In this document: in pieces, positions 13,100-25,990 of the stretch | Layout: the number at the start of each line of letters is the position of its first letter | How positions within the stretch are numbered: the first letter of the stretch is position 1 | Origin: Perna viridis | Lineage: Eukaryota | Assembly: GCA_037379345.1 (NCBI GenBank) | Contig: CM074519.1 | Span: 34,684,103 to 34,748,102, forward strand | Length of the DNA: 64,000 bases | Direction of reading: 5' to 3' | Translations under genes and position numbers: made by a program | The notes under the pieces: model-generated | Told to the model about the DNA's origin: nothing | Seen by the model: only the letters and a program-made list of their open reading frames with translations | Databases searched by the model: none

Positions 13100-13430
13100 G
13101 TAAGAAATACTCATCCCATTTTGCATTTCATTTCTCATTTTTATTCAATAAAAGACAAGGTATGTGCCAAAGGCTTGACTTTGTTATAGGAATAGTAAGC
13201 ATGCTGCCAGTAGCACTGGTAAGTGTCAAGTTGGTTGTCCATTCCATAAGATATTAAATTTAACCTCAAAGATTGCTTGTCTCATCTGTGATATAGAAAC
13301 ATAATATTGTCCAATCAAATAGTGATGACAACCATAAAACCTTTTTAGTGGTGATAATAACAATTAAAGGCTGAACATAACCCTGTTTTAGAAACTTATT
13401 TGATAGTAACCTTGCTATACAAAGACTTAA
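13100..13430 (-). mobile_element. Penelope-like retroelement 3' remnant
   Basis: Minus-strand ARLLSNKFLKQGY remnant followed by the usual ggtg...actgg...gcttac tail; similar to 55980-56300. Confidence 0.55.
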
Positions 13431-13451
13431 CACAATACTAGAAACACCTAC

Positions 13452-13626
13452 CTTTGATAATAATATCAGCTGACAGCCCTGTTTCTGTGTCCTGTAACTT
13501 GATCTCTCCATGCTGTTTAGTACCTGTACGTTTCCGATGGTCTGTGGGGGGTCTCAGGGACAGGTCTTGATCTTCATTGCCTATAATAATTGTAATAAAT
13601 CCTATAGATTTACTGTTTCCGTACAT
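13452..13626 (-). CDS. Exon 33: ...FITIIIGNEDQDLSLRPPTDHRKR TGTKQHGEIKLQDTETGLSADIIIK (acceptor uncertain: 13626 or 13601)
   Basis: ORF 13438..13626; strong donor G|gtaggt in phase with the next exon; the best acceptor (tttgacag) is out of phase, a weaker one (ctatag) is in phase. Confidence 0.7.
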
Positions 13627-14866
13627 CTGTCAAAATTATTTAAAACGTATTGACTTTGAATATTTTTTGACTGACTTTTGTCAAATACATGTACTTACAT
13701 GACAAAAGGACCTTATCTTTGTATACCATTCAGCAATAGTGCAAAATCATAAAACAACAGTATTAGGACACTATTGTGTGGTATCAGTGTTCATTGGTAC
13801 TTGAAAAAAAAGTAACAATTATCTACATTTGACTATTTTTTTTATTTTTAAAGATTCAACCTTTTAATAACAGTACATGTATTACACAGAAAATCTCTCA
13901 AGCCATACACATAGACAAACAGTAGGTTGTTGTTACCTGCAAAGCCCACAATCGTACAATGTAAAACACCCATACTATGCTTTTGTCAACATAGGTGAAA
14001 TAGTATACCCATCCAACAGATTAGGGATATAAGTACTAGCTGTGACAAAAACTACAGTGGTAATTGTTGTAATAGACAGACAGCTGGACAAGGGTAATAT
14101 ACACATAATGTTTGTAATTGAGGGTGTTTATATACCAGAATACCACACAAAGTAAATATATCTCCCGAGACTCAGTTGAGGGTAAATATCTTCTGAGTGT
14201 AGTATTATGGTATATCACTCTTCACCACATGCATTATGTGTTATGTTAAACTGAAAACATTGTGCATGTAAATTGAAAAAAAAAAAGAAAAAAAGAACAA
14301 TGCCGCTGAGAAGAGTGACCTATCACAGATATAGATACAGGGTGATATAATATCCTGAGGAGGGTTATTTAACAGGGTGATCTATCTGGGCAGTCAATAA
14401 TTCATCCAATCATTGTGTAGGGGTGAAGTAAATAAGGAATAAATAAAAAAAGAAAACAAACAACCAAATACTGACTCTAATTGAAATTCCATATTTTTGT
14501 ATGACCAAAGTGTGATAATAGATTCAAAGAAGATGATCAAATGGCTGCCTTTTACCTACATCATTTTGTTAATTATGACACCTTAGTAATTGTTAGGATT
14601 ACACCAATCTGACATCAGTTTTACCTCAAAAAGATTTGATTTTATTTTTCTAAGTTTACCATATATTACACTCCTAATTTTCACCTGTTGTACAAATGTG
14701 TATATAGCTGGTGAACAACTTGAAGTGACAACTGTGTAATTTTTGTATAGCATCTCACAAATTGAAAACTTTTGATACATTTAAAATTATTATAGAGTGA
14801 TCGTGCTTTACTGCTTAATTTACATTACAACATCAAAACTAGATATCCTATTTCTAAAATACTCAC

Positions 14867-15163
14867 GTTTGATACAGAGAGGTTCTGATCTGACACTTGA
14901 TGAGAGATGTGACCTTCCCACTGCATACAGTGTCACATAGACACATTTTCCTGGTTCTAAGACAAAGAAGGTGTTAGACTGAGCCTCGTGAACAGACTCA
15001 TTGCTCCAGCTCTTATTGGCAAACTCTCCTACAGAGATATTAAGGGGTGTCTTATCAATCCATAGTTTCCCATCCTTGATAAAGGCTTTCCTGGAATCAG
15101 TGATCCCAACTTTAATTCTTGGAAATACATCATCTGTCTCAGGTTCAGAGCCTATCTCCCATT
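14867..15163 (-). CDS. Exon 32: EWEIGSEPETDDVFPRIKVG...SEPLCIK
   Basis: ORF 14820..15233; ccacag|, |gtgagt. Confidence 0.88.
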
Positions 15164-15556
15164 CTGTGGAATGAAAATGGATTCTTACAATAGTTGACAA
15201 TTTTTTGATGAGCTCATCTTTTTTCACAAGCAACTTGCTTACAATTCCTGATGTTGATTAAATTTCACATTAACTAAAAGCAAGGAAGTCGTTATTCCAA
15301 AGTAACCAGTCAAATGTTTGACACATTAATTGCTGTCAACAGAGCAATAAAGGCCTGCTGTAAAGCCCAATCAGACATGCAACAAACTGTGTTTCATAAT
15401 TTACAATAATTCAAAAATGTATAAGCATGATGTCAACTAAATAGATGTATGACATATGCAACCCAGCAAACATTTCATGTTGAAATCTTACAATTTAAAT
15501 CAATATACATTTTTTTCATTAAGAGAACTAAACTTGATTTTCTTTTAAACATTTAC

Positions 15557-15859
15557 CATAAAATGCCACATCATCTTTCCCACCATCCCACTGCAGTCCA
15601 ATATTTTTGTTGTCTGCTGTTAAAACTGTGTCATCCATGACATCATCACTGTACATGTAGGTCAAGGTGACATTACTGACATCTGGTGGTAATATCTCTA
15701 CGGTAACATTACATGAATCCTGGGATACCAGACCAGCTGAGTTGACCACAGTGACAGTAAAGTAGTAGGTATGATCATGTTGTAGTTTTCCACTCAAACC
15801 AGTGACTTCAAGTTTCTTTGTCAGTCCTACAGATACTTGAGATTTTATGTCAGACTCAC
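15557..15859 (-). CDS. Exon 31: GESDIKSQVSVG...LQHDHTYYFTVTVVNSAGL... (FN3-like)
   Basis: ORF 15528..15929; ttttag|, |gtaaat. Confidence 0.9.
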
Positions 15860-16017
15860 CTAAAAACAAGAATAATGATAAATGTACTTCTTTATTGTTA
15901 GAATTCATGTACAATGCTTTGTTTTTCAAACTTCCCTGCTAGGCAATTAATTGCCAAAAAACAAATACAATTCTGCTTAACAACAATTTAAGTATTAAAA
16001 CAATGAGTTCATTGAAT

Positions 16018-17348
16018 AACCAGAGACTCTAAAGAGCCTGAAACGCTAACCTGTCTCAATAAGCAACATTCTACTTTTGTAACAATGTCCATGTTTTTTT
16101 CTTGGATAAATATTCCTAAAGCTCATAAATTAGAAAAAAATTATACCAATTTTCATTAAATTCTGTCCAGTAGATTTCTGAAGAGAAAATTTCCTAAAAT
16201 AACATTAAAAATAGCAAAAAAGATGTCGAAGGGCAGTAACTCAACATGACTAAACAGATTTACATGACAATTTGATCACTGATAGACCTCATCATACTGA
16301 ACATTTTATCCTACATCAAAATTTGGCTAATCCTAAAAGTTTTGGACAAAAATGCGAAAAACTACTGTCGTACCCCTATGTTCTATTTTTAGTATTGGCC
16401 GCCATGTTTTTTTGACGGATCAAAAATCCCCGTATCAGTTCTATGCAGGATACCCATAGGAACATTCATACCACGTTTGGGTCCAATTGATCAAGTTGTG
16501 TCAGAGAAGAGTTTTGAAAAACTGTTCACAATGACAGCGGACACGTGATGGCAATAGCTCATATATGCCTTCAGTCAGGTGAAGTAAAAAAATATTTATG
16601 GGGCCTTAACTTCTACATCAAATGATGAATTGCTTTGAAAATATTGGCATACGTCTATCGCATGATGCTGAACAATAGTACCCTGCCAGAATTTTGCTAA
16701 AGGCAAGAACTTTTGAGTTATTTGCAAAAAACTGCCATCTGACACCTATATTCTTTTCATTTTTAGAAACAGAAGCCATGTTTTTTCATGGATCAAAAAT
16801 CCCAACATTCATTTTGTGTGGGATACGCTAAAGAACAAATGTGCTATCTTTCATTGAATTCTGTAAAATGGTTTTTGAGAAGAAGATTTTCAAAGTTGTA
16901 CATGCAAAAAATGCCAAAAAAGCTATTTCAGGGGCCACAACTCCTACAATAGTTGACAAATTGTTATAAAATTTTCCGCATATGTCCGTTTCCTGATGCT
17001 GAACAATAACTGCTGCTAAAGGCAACATTTTTTGAGTTATTTGGAAAAAAATGCCTTCAGACCCCTGTGTTCAATTTTTAGTGACGCCGGCCATGTTTTT
17101 TCATGGATCAACAATCCCAATATTCATTTTGTGCACAATACTCTAAGGAACAATCATGCCAAGTTAACATCCTGTTGGACTAGTAGTTTCTGAGGAGAAA
17201 TTTTTCGAAAATTTGTCCGTATTGACAACGGACACCAAGTGTTGGCATGAGCTCATTTGGCCTTTGGTCAGGTGAGCTAAATGTTGTTCATGACGATGGC
17301 ATCAGAGGCCAAGCGATGGCAATAGCTTACATGGCCTTTGAGCTAAAA
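16018..17348 (+). mobile_element. Adjacent HINE/Helentron-like non-autonomous elements
   Basis: aaccagagactctaaagagcctg start; 3' hairpins gctcat..ggcc..ggtgagctaa; about 16600-17280 resembles 43060-43740. Confidence 0.7.
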
Positions 17349-17595
17349 AAGACTTCAGGATTCATAGACTAATTATAAATGTGGAGGTATAGGTGCTTAT
17401 GGCAGAATAAGTGATTTTTTTATTACTTTCCATAGAACGGCAAGCAATTAAGAAATTCTTAGTAGTATTTTGAAATGATACTGCAGTTATCAAAGAAAGA
17501 GAAGTCAGATGACATCTTAATATTTTAAAGGCATATTATAGGAACTCTAAAAAGAATGCCCAAAAATTAATTATACAAGGCTTTATCAATATTAC

Positions 17596-20500
17596 CTGGT
17601 TTAGAACCAATCTGTATCCGATACTGCACAATATCTCCAACATCTTCACTACACTCCCAGTAAGCTCCTATGCTGCTACTGGTTCCCTGAAATTCTGATG
17701 GTTCATCCATGGAATTTGATGGGTCAACACACCTGACATACTGTAGATCTGGAGGTGTAGAGTCTATCATCACTCCTTTAGACCTAGCAAATGTCTCACG
17801 TCCTGCATAGTTAATGGCTAGAATATTATAGAAGTATGTTGTAGCATTCAGCTGGCTATCAGAATTCTTTTGTGTTCTGTCTACAGTTGCTGCATTGAGG
17901 GTCAGATTTCCAACTTTAACATCAATTATTTGAAAGTCCTCTGTGTGACCGTCCGTACAGCTTGTCTCACAACCAATATTACAGCCTGGTTGGCATGGGT
18001 TACAGAATGATTTATAGAGCATCATGGGAGATATTGAGTCTGTGTCATTTATAGTATCAGAAATACCTACCCAAAGTTCCTTTATACCACTTTCACCATC
18101 ATAAAATCCTGCTCCATGAGAACATTTCATGTCATCTGTTTTTGCTAAGGGTACAGTAATACTGGTAATGATAGCTTCCCCAATGAATGGATTCAAGAAG
18201 TCTGTAACAGGTGGAAAGAAATTATCCTTATTCCATGTGTAAATTCCTGAGACTCCAGTTTCCTGTAGACCAACACCATTAAACTGGGCAATAATCTCAC
18301 CATTTAAGAACATATGAATACTCCAAGTTGTAGTTACAGGAGTCACAACTTTTCCAAGACTCACAATAAAATTATTATATGAAGAAGTAGGATCAAATTT
18401 CAGCTTAATCTGTTGAGAAATAGTTTTGTATTTATCCCGCTTCCAGACATAGCCATACCATTTTCCTTCCATCTGGTAGCCAGGGATATGAAACCCTATA
18501 CCATACTGATCTGAAAGTGCAAAACCTAACTCGTCAGATGTCTTGTTTAGCACCTTCCTCCTGAACTGTTGGCCTGGTGTTGTCAGCAACTTCTTGCTGC
18601 TATGGTAATCCAATGTTGTTTGTTTACTTTCTGTTGTACCATACACGGCATAAATAGGTTCTCTTGTTATATTTGTATAAAAATTTTCAGTTGTGACAGT
18701 TCTATTCCATTCATTGTTATAAGATGTACTATCGTCAGTGGAGTTATCAACAGTTGATGTTTCTGCATATCTTGTGGTTGGTGAAGATGATGTTCTTTCA
18801 TGAGTTCTAGATGTTAGTATATTAACCTCTGCATCTAAGCCACCCCTGATATCTTCCATTTTCACATTAGTATCATTTTCTGGTGGCTCAAATGTAAAGT
18901 CCGTTAATATACCATCAAAACTTGAGGCAAGGAACCAACTAGTTATCATGTGATCACCAGTAGCAGCTTTGAACACAGCACTATAATTTCCTTCCAAGAT
19001 TTTCTCTAAAGAAAGTTTGATTCCACCTTTTATCAAATGCTGTAACTTGTCATCATGTTGAATAAACAAGGATATTTTATCCTTCGTTTTTACAACACAT
19101 TCTGAATCAAAGTCCATTCCTAAAGCTACAACACCACTTTTAGCATTAGACGGTGGAAAGACTTGAATAGAGCGTGGACATTTTGATGCCTTTTCTGTGT
19201 AAGCAATTCCTACCATACCCTCCATAGTGTTGGCATTTGATTGGAATGAGATGTCAGTTTTCCAGTCTTTTCCCATTTTAACAACTCCTGGGATAGGTGG
19301 GGTAGTGTCAAGATGCACAGGAAGTGATCTTACAGTTGTTCTCAAACCTGCCCCATTTACTGCTGTGACCACTACAAGGTAAGTAAATTTTGAGTTGAGA
19401 TTAAGATCATAAAATTCCATTCGCAGATCATGAGTTATTTCCTCAGATCTTATAACAGAATACATTTCACCAAAATCTTTAACAGGAACCTCCCCAGTGT
19501 CAAAACAAGTGATACCAGAATAAAGCTTCAGCTCATAGATACTGACATGACTTTCAGGGTCTGTAAACTCTGTCCAGGAAATCTCAAGTCTCTGTGGATC
19601 AAAGACATATGCAACATTTGGACCAGTCCCACCTGGGAGATGTAACACCCCAGGTTCAGGGGGTGTAATGTCTATCATTAATGGGGGACCATATGAACCC
19701 ATGCATCTCTCAGTAGTATCCATGGCTATGACTGTCACATAATACTCATGTCCATGTATAAGACTCAGGTTGGTCATTTCTGTGAATGTATCAACCCCAA
19801 CATCATGTAGGTTTACAGTATTAAACACTGGTAACATTTCATCATAAAGCTTACAGCTTAATGTGTCATTTGGAAGTTGCCAGGGTTTGAATGTAGATAC
19901 TCCAACCCTGAATTTATCAATACCCATATCTGCTTGGAAACCATTCCATGATACATACAGCTTATCTGTGTATGACTGAACAGGGCTGTACTCAACAACT
20001 CCAGGAAATATCTCATCATGGTAGCCTACTTTAACACCATTGGAACTCTCTTCTTGGTAGCTACCAGCAAAACTATAACCCCTTACAGTCATGTAGTAAG
20101 TTACTGTTTTAGCAGTCAAATTAAGGTTCTTGAAAACATGGGATGTATTGAGACCTACATCTATATAGTAATGAACATTACTTCTGGTGCTTGCATATCT
20201 TCTGTCTGTTCCTATGGCTACTTCATATCTCTGGATCTTTTGTGTAGAGTCCCTGGATTTAGAATCTCCAAATGGATCCCAGTTGACATACAATTCATGT
20301 ATAGACTCTTGATAATTAAGGTCTTCAGATTCACCATCTCTAACATCTCCAGGTATAGGAGGTTCTATCTTCACAGCTATTCCATCAGAACGAGATATTC
20401 TGGATCGGTTTAAAGCATCAACAGTCCGTATAATATTGATGTAGGTTCTTCCATTGGTTAAGTTCATAACATCTGAGTAAAATCTATTTATAGCAGATGG

Positions 20501-20879
20501 CAAGGGAGTGAACTCCTGAAGAACATTCCCAGCAATATCTTCTACAGACCAATCAGCAGATATGATCTTACACCTGTCAGAATATCTCCATCGACCTTGA
20601 ATAACATTCAATGATGTCTGGTAATCTTCATCATCCTTACTGATTCCATCAAGTACTTCTAGTTTGGGAACCAGACTTACAATAACAGGGTTCGAGGTCA
20701 CTTGAGCGTACAACCCAGCCTTGTTGTAAGCCCGGAGAGTGACTGTGACAGAACTGCCATCATCAATATCTAGGTCAGTAATTAGGACTTTTTCCTTGAC
20801 CTTAACATCCTTGACTGTCAATGAGGTAAAATCTTGAATGTTTGATGTTCTCCCATTAGATCCAATGGCTGCTTCATAC
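17596..20879 (-). CDS. Exon 30 (3284 bp): FN3-like repeats, Ser/Thr-rich linker, beta-rich insert, Cys cluster CNPCQPGCNIGCETSC
   Basis: ORF 17567..20896 (1109 aa); ttttag|, |gtaata. Confidence 0.95.
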
Positions 20880-21325
20880 CTAAAAATAATGTTCATGAAA
20901 TAAAGTTCAGCACATAAAGAAATCGCTTTTGTAAATAAGTTTCAATTCTTAAAGCCATTTTTAACTTTAAACTTGTTAATTTTACTTAATTGACAATATT
21001 TCAGTAAAAATAAATTCATTTTTTTAAGAATATCTTAGCAGTTCTCAATTTACAATAAACATGGATTTCAATGAGTTCTATAGTACATAATTAGTGATCA
21101 GATACCAATATAATACTGGTGTAATTGCTCTCTAGAAAATATTAAAAAAGTTTAGTTTAAACAAAACATGCACTAGTTATTCTGTTAAAACAACAGACTT
21201 TTTAGCAGTAATGCAATACCTATCAAAGACTTGAACTTGTGCCCTCAAGAAACATTTCAACAGTAACATTTAAAATTTTACACAGGTCAAATAAACCTGA
21301 CACTTCTGTTTATTTCCTATAATAC

Positions 21326-22797
21326 CTATCAATGTCAGAGTGTTCATCTTTCCATCCATCAACTGTGAATTCTACAAAGCTGAGAGGTATCTGACAGTCC
21401 TGCTTCTGTATAGGTCCATTTATATCAATAGTTGTGACAATGTCAACAAGTCCACCAATAGGAACAGTTCTATCTACAATGACCTTGAAAGGAAGAGTCT
21501 TAGCCATTCCAAGGACATTCTCCAACTTAAATATGATGTAGATTGATGTCAGATTGTTGTTTTTTATCCTTGTAAGTAAATCCCTGATCCAGTTACGTTT
21601 GACAATAGATTGTTTATGGAAAAGGGAGATATCAGTTTTAATTTCTTCTGACCCAACACCCACAGTGAAGTTTTTTATGGTACTTTCATACTCCTTGATC
21701 ATGTCCCATTGACACGTGACTAGAGACTTTAGAACAGAGATGTAGGGTGTACATGTCAGGTTTACAATCTCTGGAATACTGGTATCCACAGTAACTGGAG
21801 GGGATGTCACCATATGTTTGTTCCCTGCATGGTCTCTAGCACCATTGTTTAAATAAAATGTCTGACCATGCTTGAAGGAGACTGTTCCAGCTGGGATATA
21901 AGTCTCTTTCGTAACTGTTACTGGATGAATGTCATGTTTCCCTGGCAAGGACCCGATGGACCACCAATTCTCAGCAATTCCTGAAGCATCACTGGACTCC
22001 CATTTAAAATCAAGAGAGTCAGTCCTGTTTTGATATAAACTAGCAGTAATGGACTCTGGGTTAATTTTCTCGTCACCAAATTGGACCATCCTAACTGTAG
22101 GTGGTGTTGTATCTAACATGATTCCATCTGAGCATGAGATGATGTAGTCTTCTTTACAGCGGTGTCCCGTTTGTGCTCGAACAGTTATGTAATATGTTGA
22201 CCCTTCATACAGCCGCAGGTGAATCTGCCCATGTCCATGTGTGTCATTTATTAATACAATGCCATATGTTGTAAATGGTAGAACGTCATAGTAAAAAGGC
22301 TGGCTGCCAACTGCCCATTGGTATCCTACAATGCCACACTGCTGACTTTCAAAACCAACAAATGACATTCCTAAGGAGGTCCTGTCTATTGTATAGTCAG
22401 AGTCTTCTGAGTCCTGCCTACCATCAAATACAGTACCAGGAACATTGTCCTTCAGAACTTTGATTGGGTAAGACAAATTTTGTATCTCTGAAAACATTCC
22501 TGCTCCATTTTGAACTTTGACCTGTACATAGTAGTATACAGGGTCTGGATCATTGGTACTGACAGGTTTAAGATTAAGATCATTTAGCACAGCCTTTGGA
22601 TCAGGACCAAACTTCTTGAATCCATTGGTTACAGAAGTATCACTAAAGGATGTTCCTATAGCAACAAAACTTTTGACAATGCCACTTTGATAGTCAAAAG
22701 AACTCCAGGTCAAGGTCATGCTGTGTTGGTCATCATGTTCAATATATTTGTTGTCCTCTGTCATTTCTTCTGGAAGACTTTGGAGCCCAAGATGAAC
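21326..22797 (-). CDS. Exon 29: about 4 FN3-like repeats
   Basis: ORF 21310..22836; recurring W...D.ESGI..Y...G...Y..V.A.N.AG...DTTPP motif; ttgcag|, |gtatta. Confidence 0.93.
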
Positions 22798-24140
22798 CTG
22801 CAATACAGATATAAAGTTTGAGGCCATGATGTTCAATCAATCAAACAGAACATGCTTTGAAGTAGTCCAACTGCTAAAAGCCCTATTTTATTGTGCAAGA
22901 ATACAGGAGAAACAGACTGCATGTAGGCATGTCACTGCACACATTATAATTTGACTCTACAACAACCATAATAGAACCCATGATCTACAGGAATCATTAG
23001 GTAAGCATGCTACCATGAGACAGAGACAAAGTAGATGTATTACCAGTCCAAAAGTTTCAGTAAAACTTGGTAGATGAAGCTGCATACCAACATTTGCAAT
23101 AATTCCTAGGAGCAAACTCAAGTACATATATATAGCTAACAAAAAATAAATACACTATTTCACTAAAACTCATAAAAAAGTTGGTTAATTTGATGAAAAT
23201 GTACAACTAAGCCAAAAATCATAAACACTGTACAACTTTTCCTGCTAAGCTCCGTTCTGAAAACTTGTTGCAGTAAACTGATTTCAGGTTTTAGCAGACA
23301 AAACATTTCACAGCATAAGTATAATTTAAATAGATGCTTGGTAAACAGGATTTGCAGGCATGTCAAAAGTTATATGCACACATGATACATCATACTTCAG
23401 TTGCAGGTCAAATATAAAATCATTCCCATGAATAGTGAATTGTTTTAGCTGACAAATATATATGGGACATAAATATTCATGGACAGCACTTATTAGGCCC
23501 CAAAGGCATTAACAAGAACAGCAAACAATGTCCTCAAACAAATTTAAAGTTCAGGACTGGGTTGCACAAATATTCAATGGTTATTAAATTTCAACACTGT
23601 TAAAATGGTTAATCTACAGATGTTAAAAGACAACCAGATATCATTGAGATGGAATCCATCTCTGTGGGCCTTGCTGAGGTAAAAATCCTGTACATCAGCC
23701 ATGCCTAACAAATTCAATTAATCATGCAAAACTCATTGTGGTTGAAACACAAATAGTATAGGTCAAAGCTCACCAACTATGATACATGACACATTGTCTT
23801 TAGGTAATCTACCAACATGCCAAATATCAAAAGCCTACATTGAAAGACAAAAAAGTTACAGACAGGACACAAATTTGTCGACGAAAAAAAAAAAATGAAT
23901 TTGACCTTGATGTCAAAGTGCAAGGACAAAGACCATTATCCATGTTATGGGACACATTGTCTTTATGTGATCTACACACATGTAAAATATCAAAACACTA
24001 CTTTGAAAGACAAAACAGTTACAGTCTAGACACGAATTTGTAACGAACAGACATTCAAATATTAAATGTGTAAGTCACATAACTTTTTAACTACCAGCAT
24101 CTCCTTTCAATATTTAATACATCTACATATACATACATAC

Positions 24141-24446
24141 CTTCTCAAGCTTTGGTGAAGAGCTATCTATCATGACACCAGGAGACTGCAAAGATATCGG
24201 CATATCAGCATGGTTCAATGCAGTTACTTTCACGGAATATTTATGTCCACTGGAGAGATTAAGACCACTCAGTACTACATTAACTGTAGTTTTATTGTGA
24301 ACAGGCAGAGTGATATAGTCTGAATTATTTGGGTAGAACTTGATACCACTTCCATGAATGAAATCTTCTATGTGGTATCTGTATTCCTTCATTCCTGATT
24401 CTTGGTCCTCAAACTCCCATCTCAAATGAAGTTGGGTTGCATCAAT
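24141..24446 (-). CDS. Exon 28: IDATQLHLRWEFEDQESGMKEY...IDSSSPKLEK (FN3-like)
   Basis: ORF 24123..24425; ttccgtag|, |gtatgt. Confidence 0.9.
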
Positions 24447-24633
24447 CTACGGAAAAAAAATGAAAAATCAGTTATATTTAAGGCTTCACCATATTTTTTC
24501 TTGACCTTTCAACCGTTTTTAAAAAAGTAATAATACTTTCAGGAATTTTATTTCTTGTATGTGAATTAAAAATACAAGTCTGTAAAATGCTTTATGACCT
24601 GCTTGAAATTATATTGGAACAACAGGTAGGGCT

Positions 24634-24937
24634 TTTGTGTGGCCATCACATTGGTATAAACAATTTAATGACAGCATCGTTTGTGTGGCCATTACATTGG
24701 TATAAACAATTTAATGACAGCATCGTTTGTGTGGCCATCACATTGGTATAAACAATTTAACGACAGCATCGTTTGTGTGGCCATCACATTGGTATAAACA
24801 ATTTAACGACAGCATCGTTTGTGTGGCCATCACATTGGTATAAACAATTTAACGACAGCATCGTTTGTGTGGCCATCACATTGGTATAAACAATTTAACA
24901 ACAGCATCGTTTGTGTGGCCATTACATTGGTATAAAC
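24634..24937. repeat. 46-bp minisatellite, about 6.5 copies
   Basis: Unit TTTGTGTGGCCATCACATTGGTATAAACAATTTAACGACAGCATCG. Confidence 0.95.
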
Positions 24938-25607
24938 ATGTCATCTAGGATTTTGTGGTATCACTTCTATCATTATTATATGAAAAGTATAATATAGCAA
25001 ATTGTTCATTGTACTTCGGGCCAATTGGTACATATGTATGTGGTAGTATATGAACAGTAACTCACCCTCTTAAGATATATAGCTACAGATGCTTTAGTTC
25101 ATATAATATTTTTTGGACAACCTACCTTTCCATATACTGCCATTTGGCCAACAGAGGAGGGATGAGATGCAAGGAACAACCCTAAAGGGGGAGGGGTTAC
25201 TACATTTAAAAATGGGTATATATATGGACTGATTGTGGTGGTGAAACTGGAACCTATTCATGACCATGAAATTTGGAAAACAATATCCTGCTATACTCAT
25301 GATACTGTTAAACTTTTATCATTGAATAATGTTAGCGTTAGTTAAACATGTGTTAAATTGGTTAAAATGGTTAAAACAGAGGGTGATTTGTAACAGACCC
25401 CCTGCCATCATAAAATTCAAATATGTAAGGCACAAATCCTTGCTATTTGTAGAAGTTATTGTTTCTTGAGTCATTTCATACTTACCATAAAATCTGCAAA
25501 AATTATAAAACTCAAAAGATACTGAATAGAACTTTCAAAGGTTACATGTATTAAAAGTTTTGTTCTTATAAGGGTGTAAGTCTCCCACTATGTGTAACTT
25601 GACTTAC

Positions 25608-25990
25608 CTGATAATGCATTCCATCCTCAGTATCATGAAGGTATTTAACCACTGGCGGTGTCTGGTCAATAACAAAACCATTTGAATCAACTATTGATGT
25701 TACATCAGCACCATTTTTAGCAGTCAGTCTGATGAACACATGGTCTCCATGCTTCATACTCAGAGAATAGTCTACAAACTTAGTTTTGAGTCCATTGTCA
25801 AAGGACTGAGGTGGGTCATCGTTAATGTGTACCTCCACTATGTATGATACAATTCCACTTTCTGGATCACTGAAACCACCCCACATAGCTGCTACCTCAG
25901 CAGTTTCTGATGAGAATTCCATATCATGGCCATGGCCAGCATCACCATCAACAATCCAGCCTTTCACAGGGACCGTTGTATCAATCAATA
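25608..25990 (-). CDS. Exon 27: VLIDTTVPVKGWIVDG...WGGFSDPESGIVSY...IDQTPP (FN3-like)
   Basis: ORF 25566..25988; tttcag|, |gtaagt. Confidence 0.9.

Noticed and set aside
13936-14040. AG...GT-bounded segment as the missing exon between 32 and 33
   Set aside because: Stop codons in all three minus-strand frames
18569-20413. Plus-strand ORFs overlapping the large exons (also 21340, 22275, 25825, 28810, 31465, 33963, 37844, 41902, 50105, 58321)
   Set aside because: Antisense shadows of real minus-strand exons with no independent protein features
17567-22836. Treating the 1109-aa and 508-aa ORFs as stand-alone or bacterial-type genes
   Set aside because: Both are bounded by canonical splice sites in phase with neighbouring exons, and their initial Met codons lie in introns
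24634-24937. CRISPR-like appearance of the 46-bp array, and likewise the 55, 67 and 95-bp arrays
   Set aside because: Units are head-to-tail with no unique spacers, there are no cas genes, and the context is a eukaryotic intron
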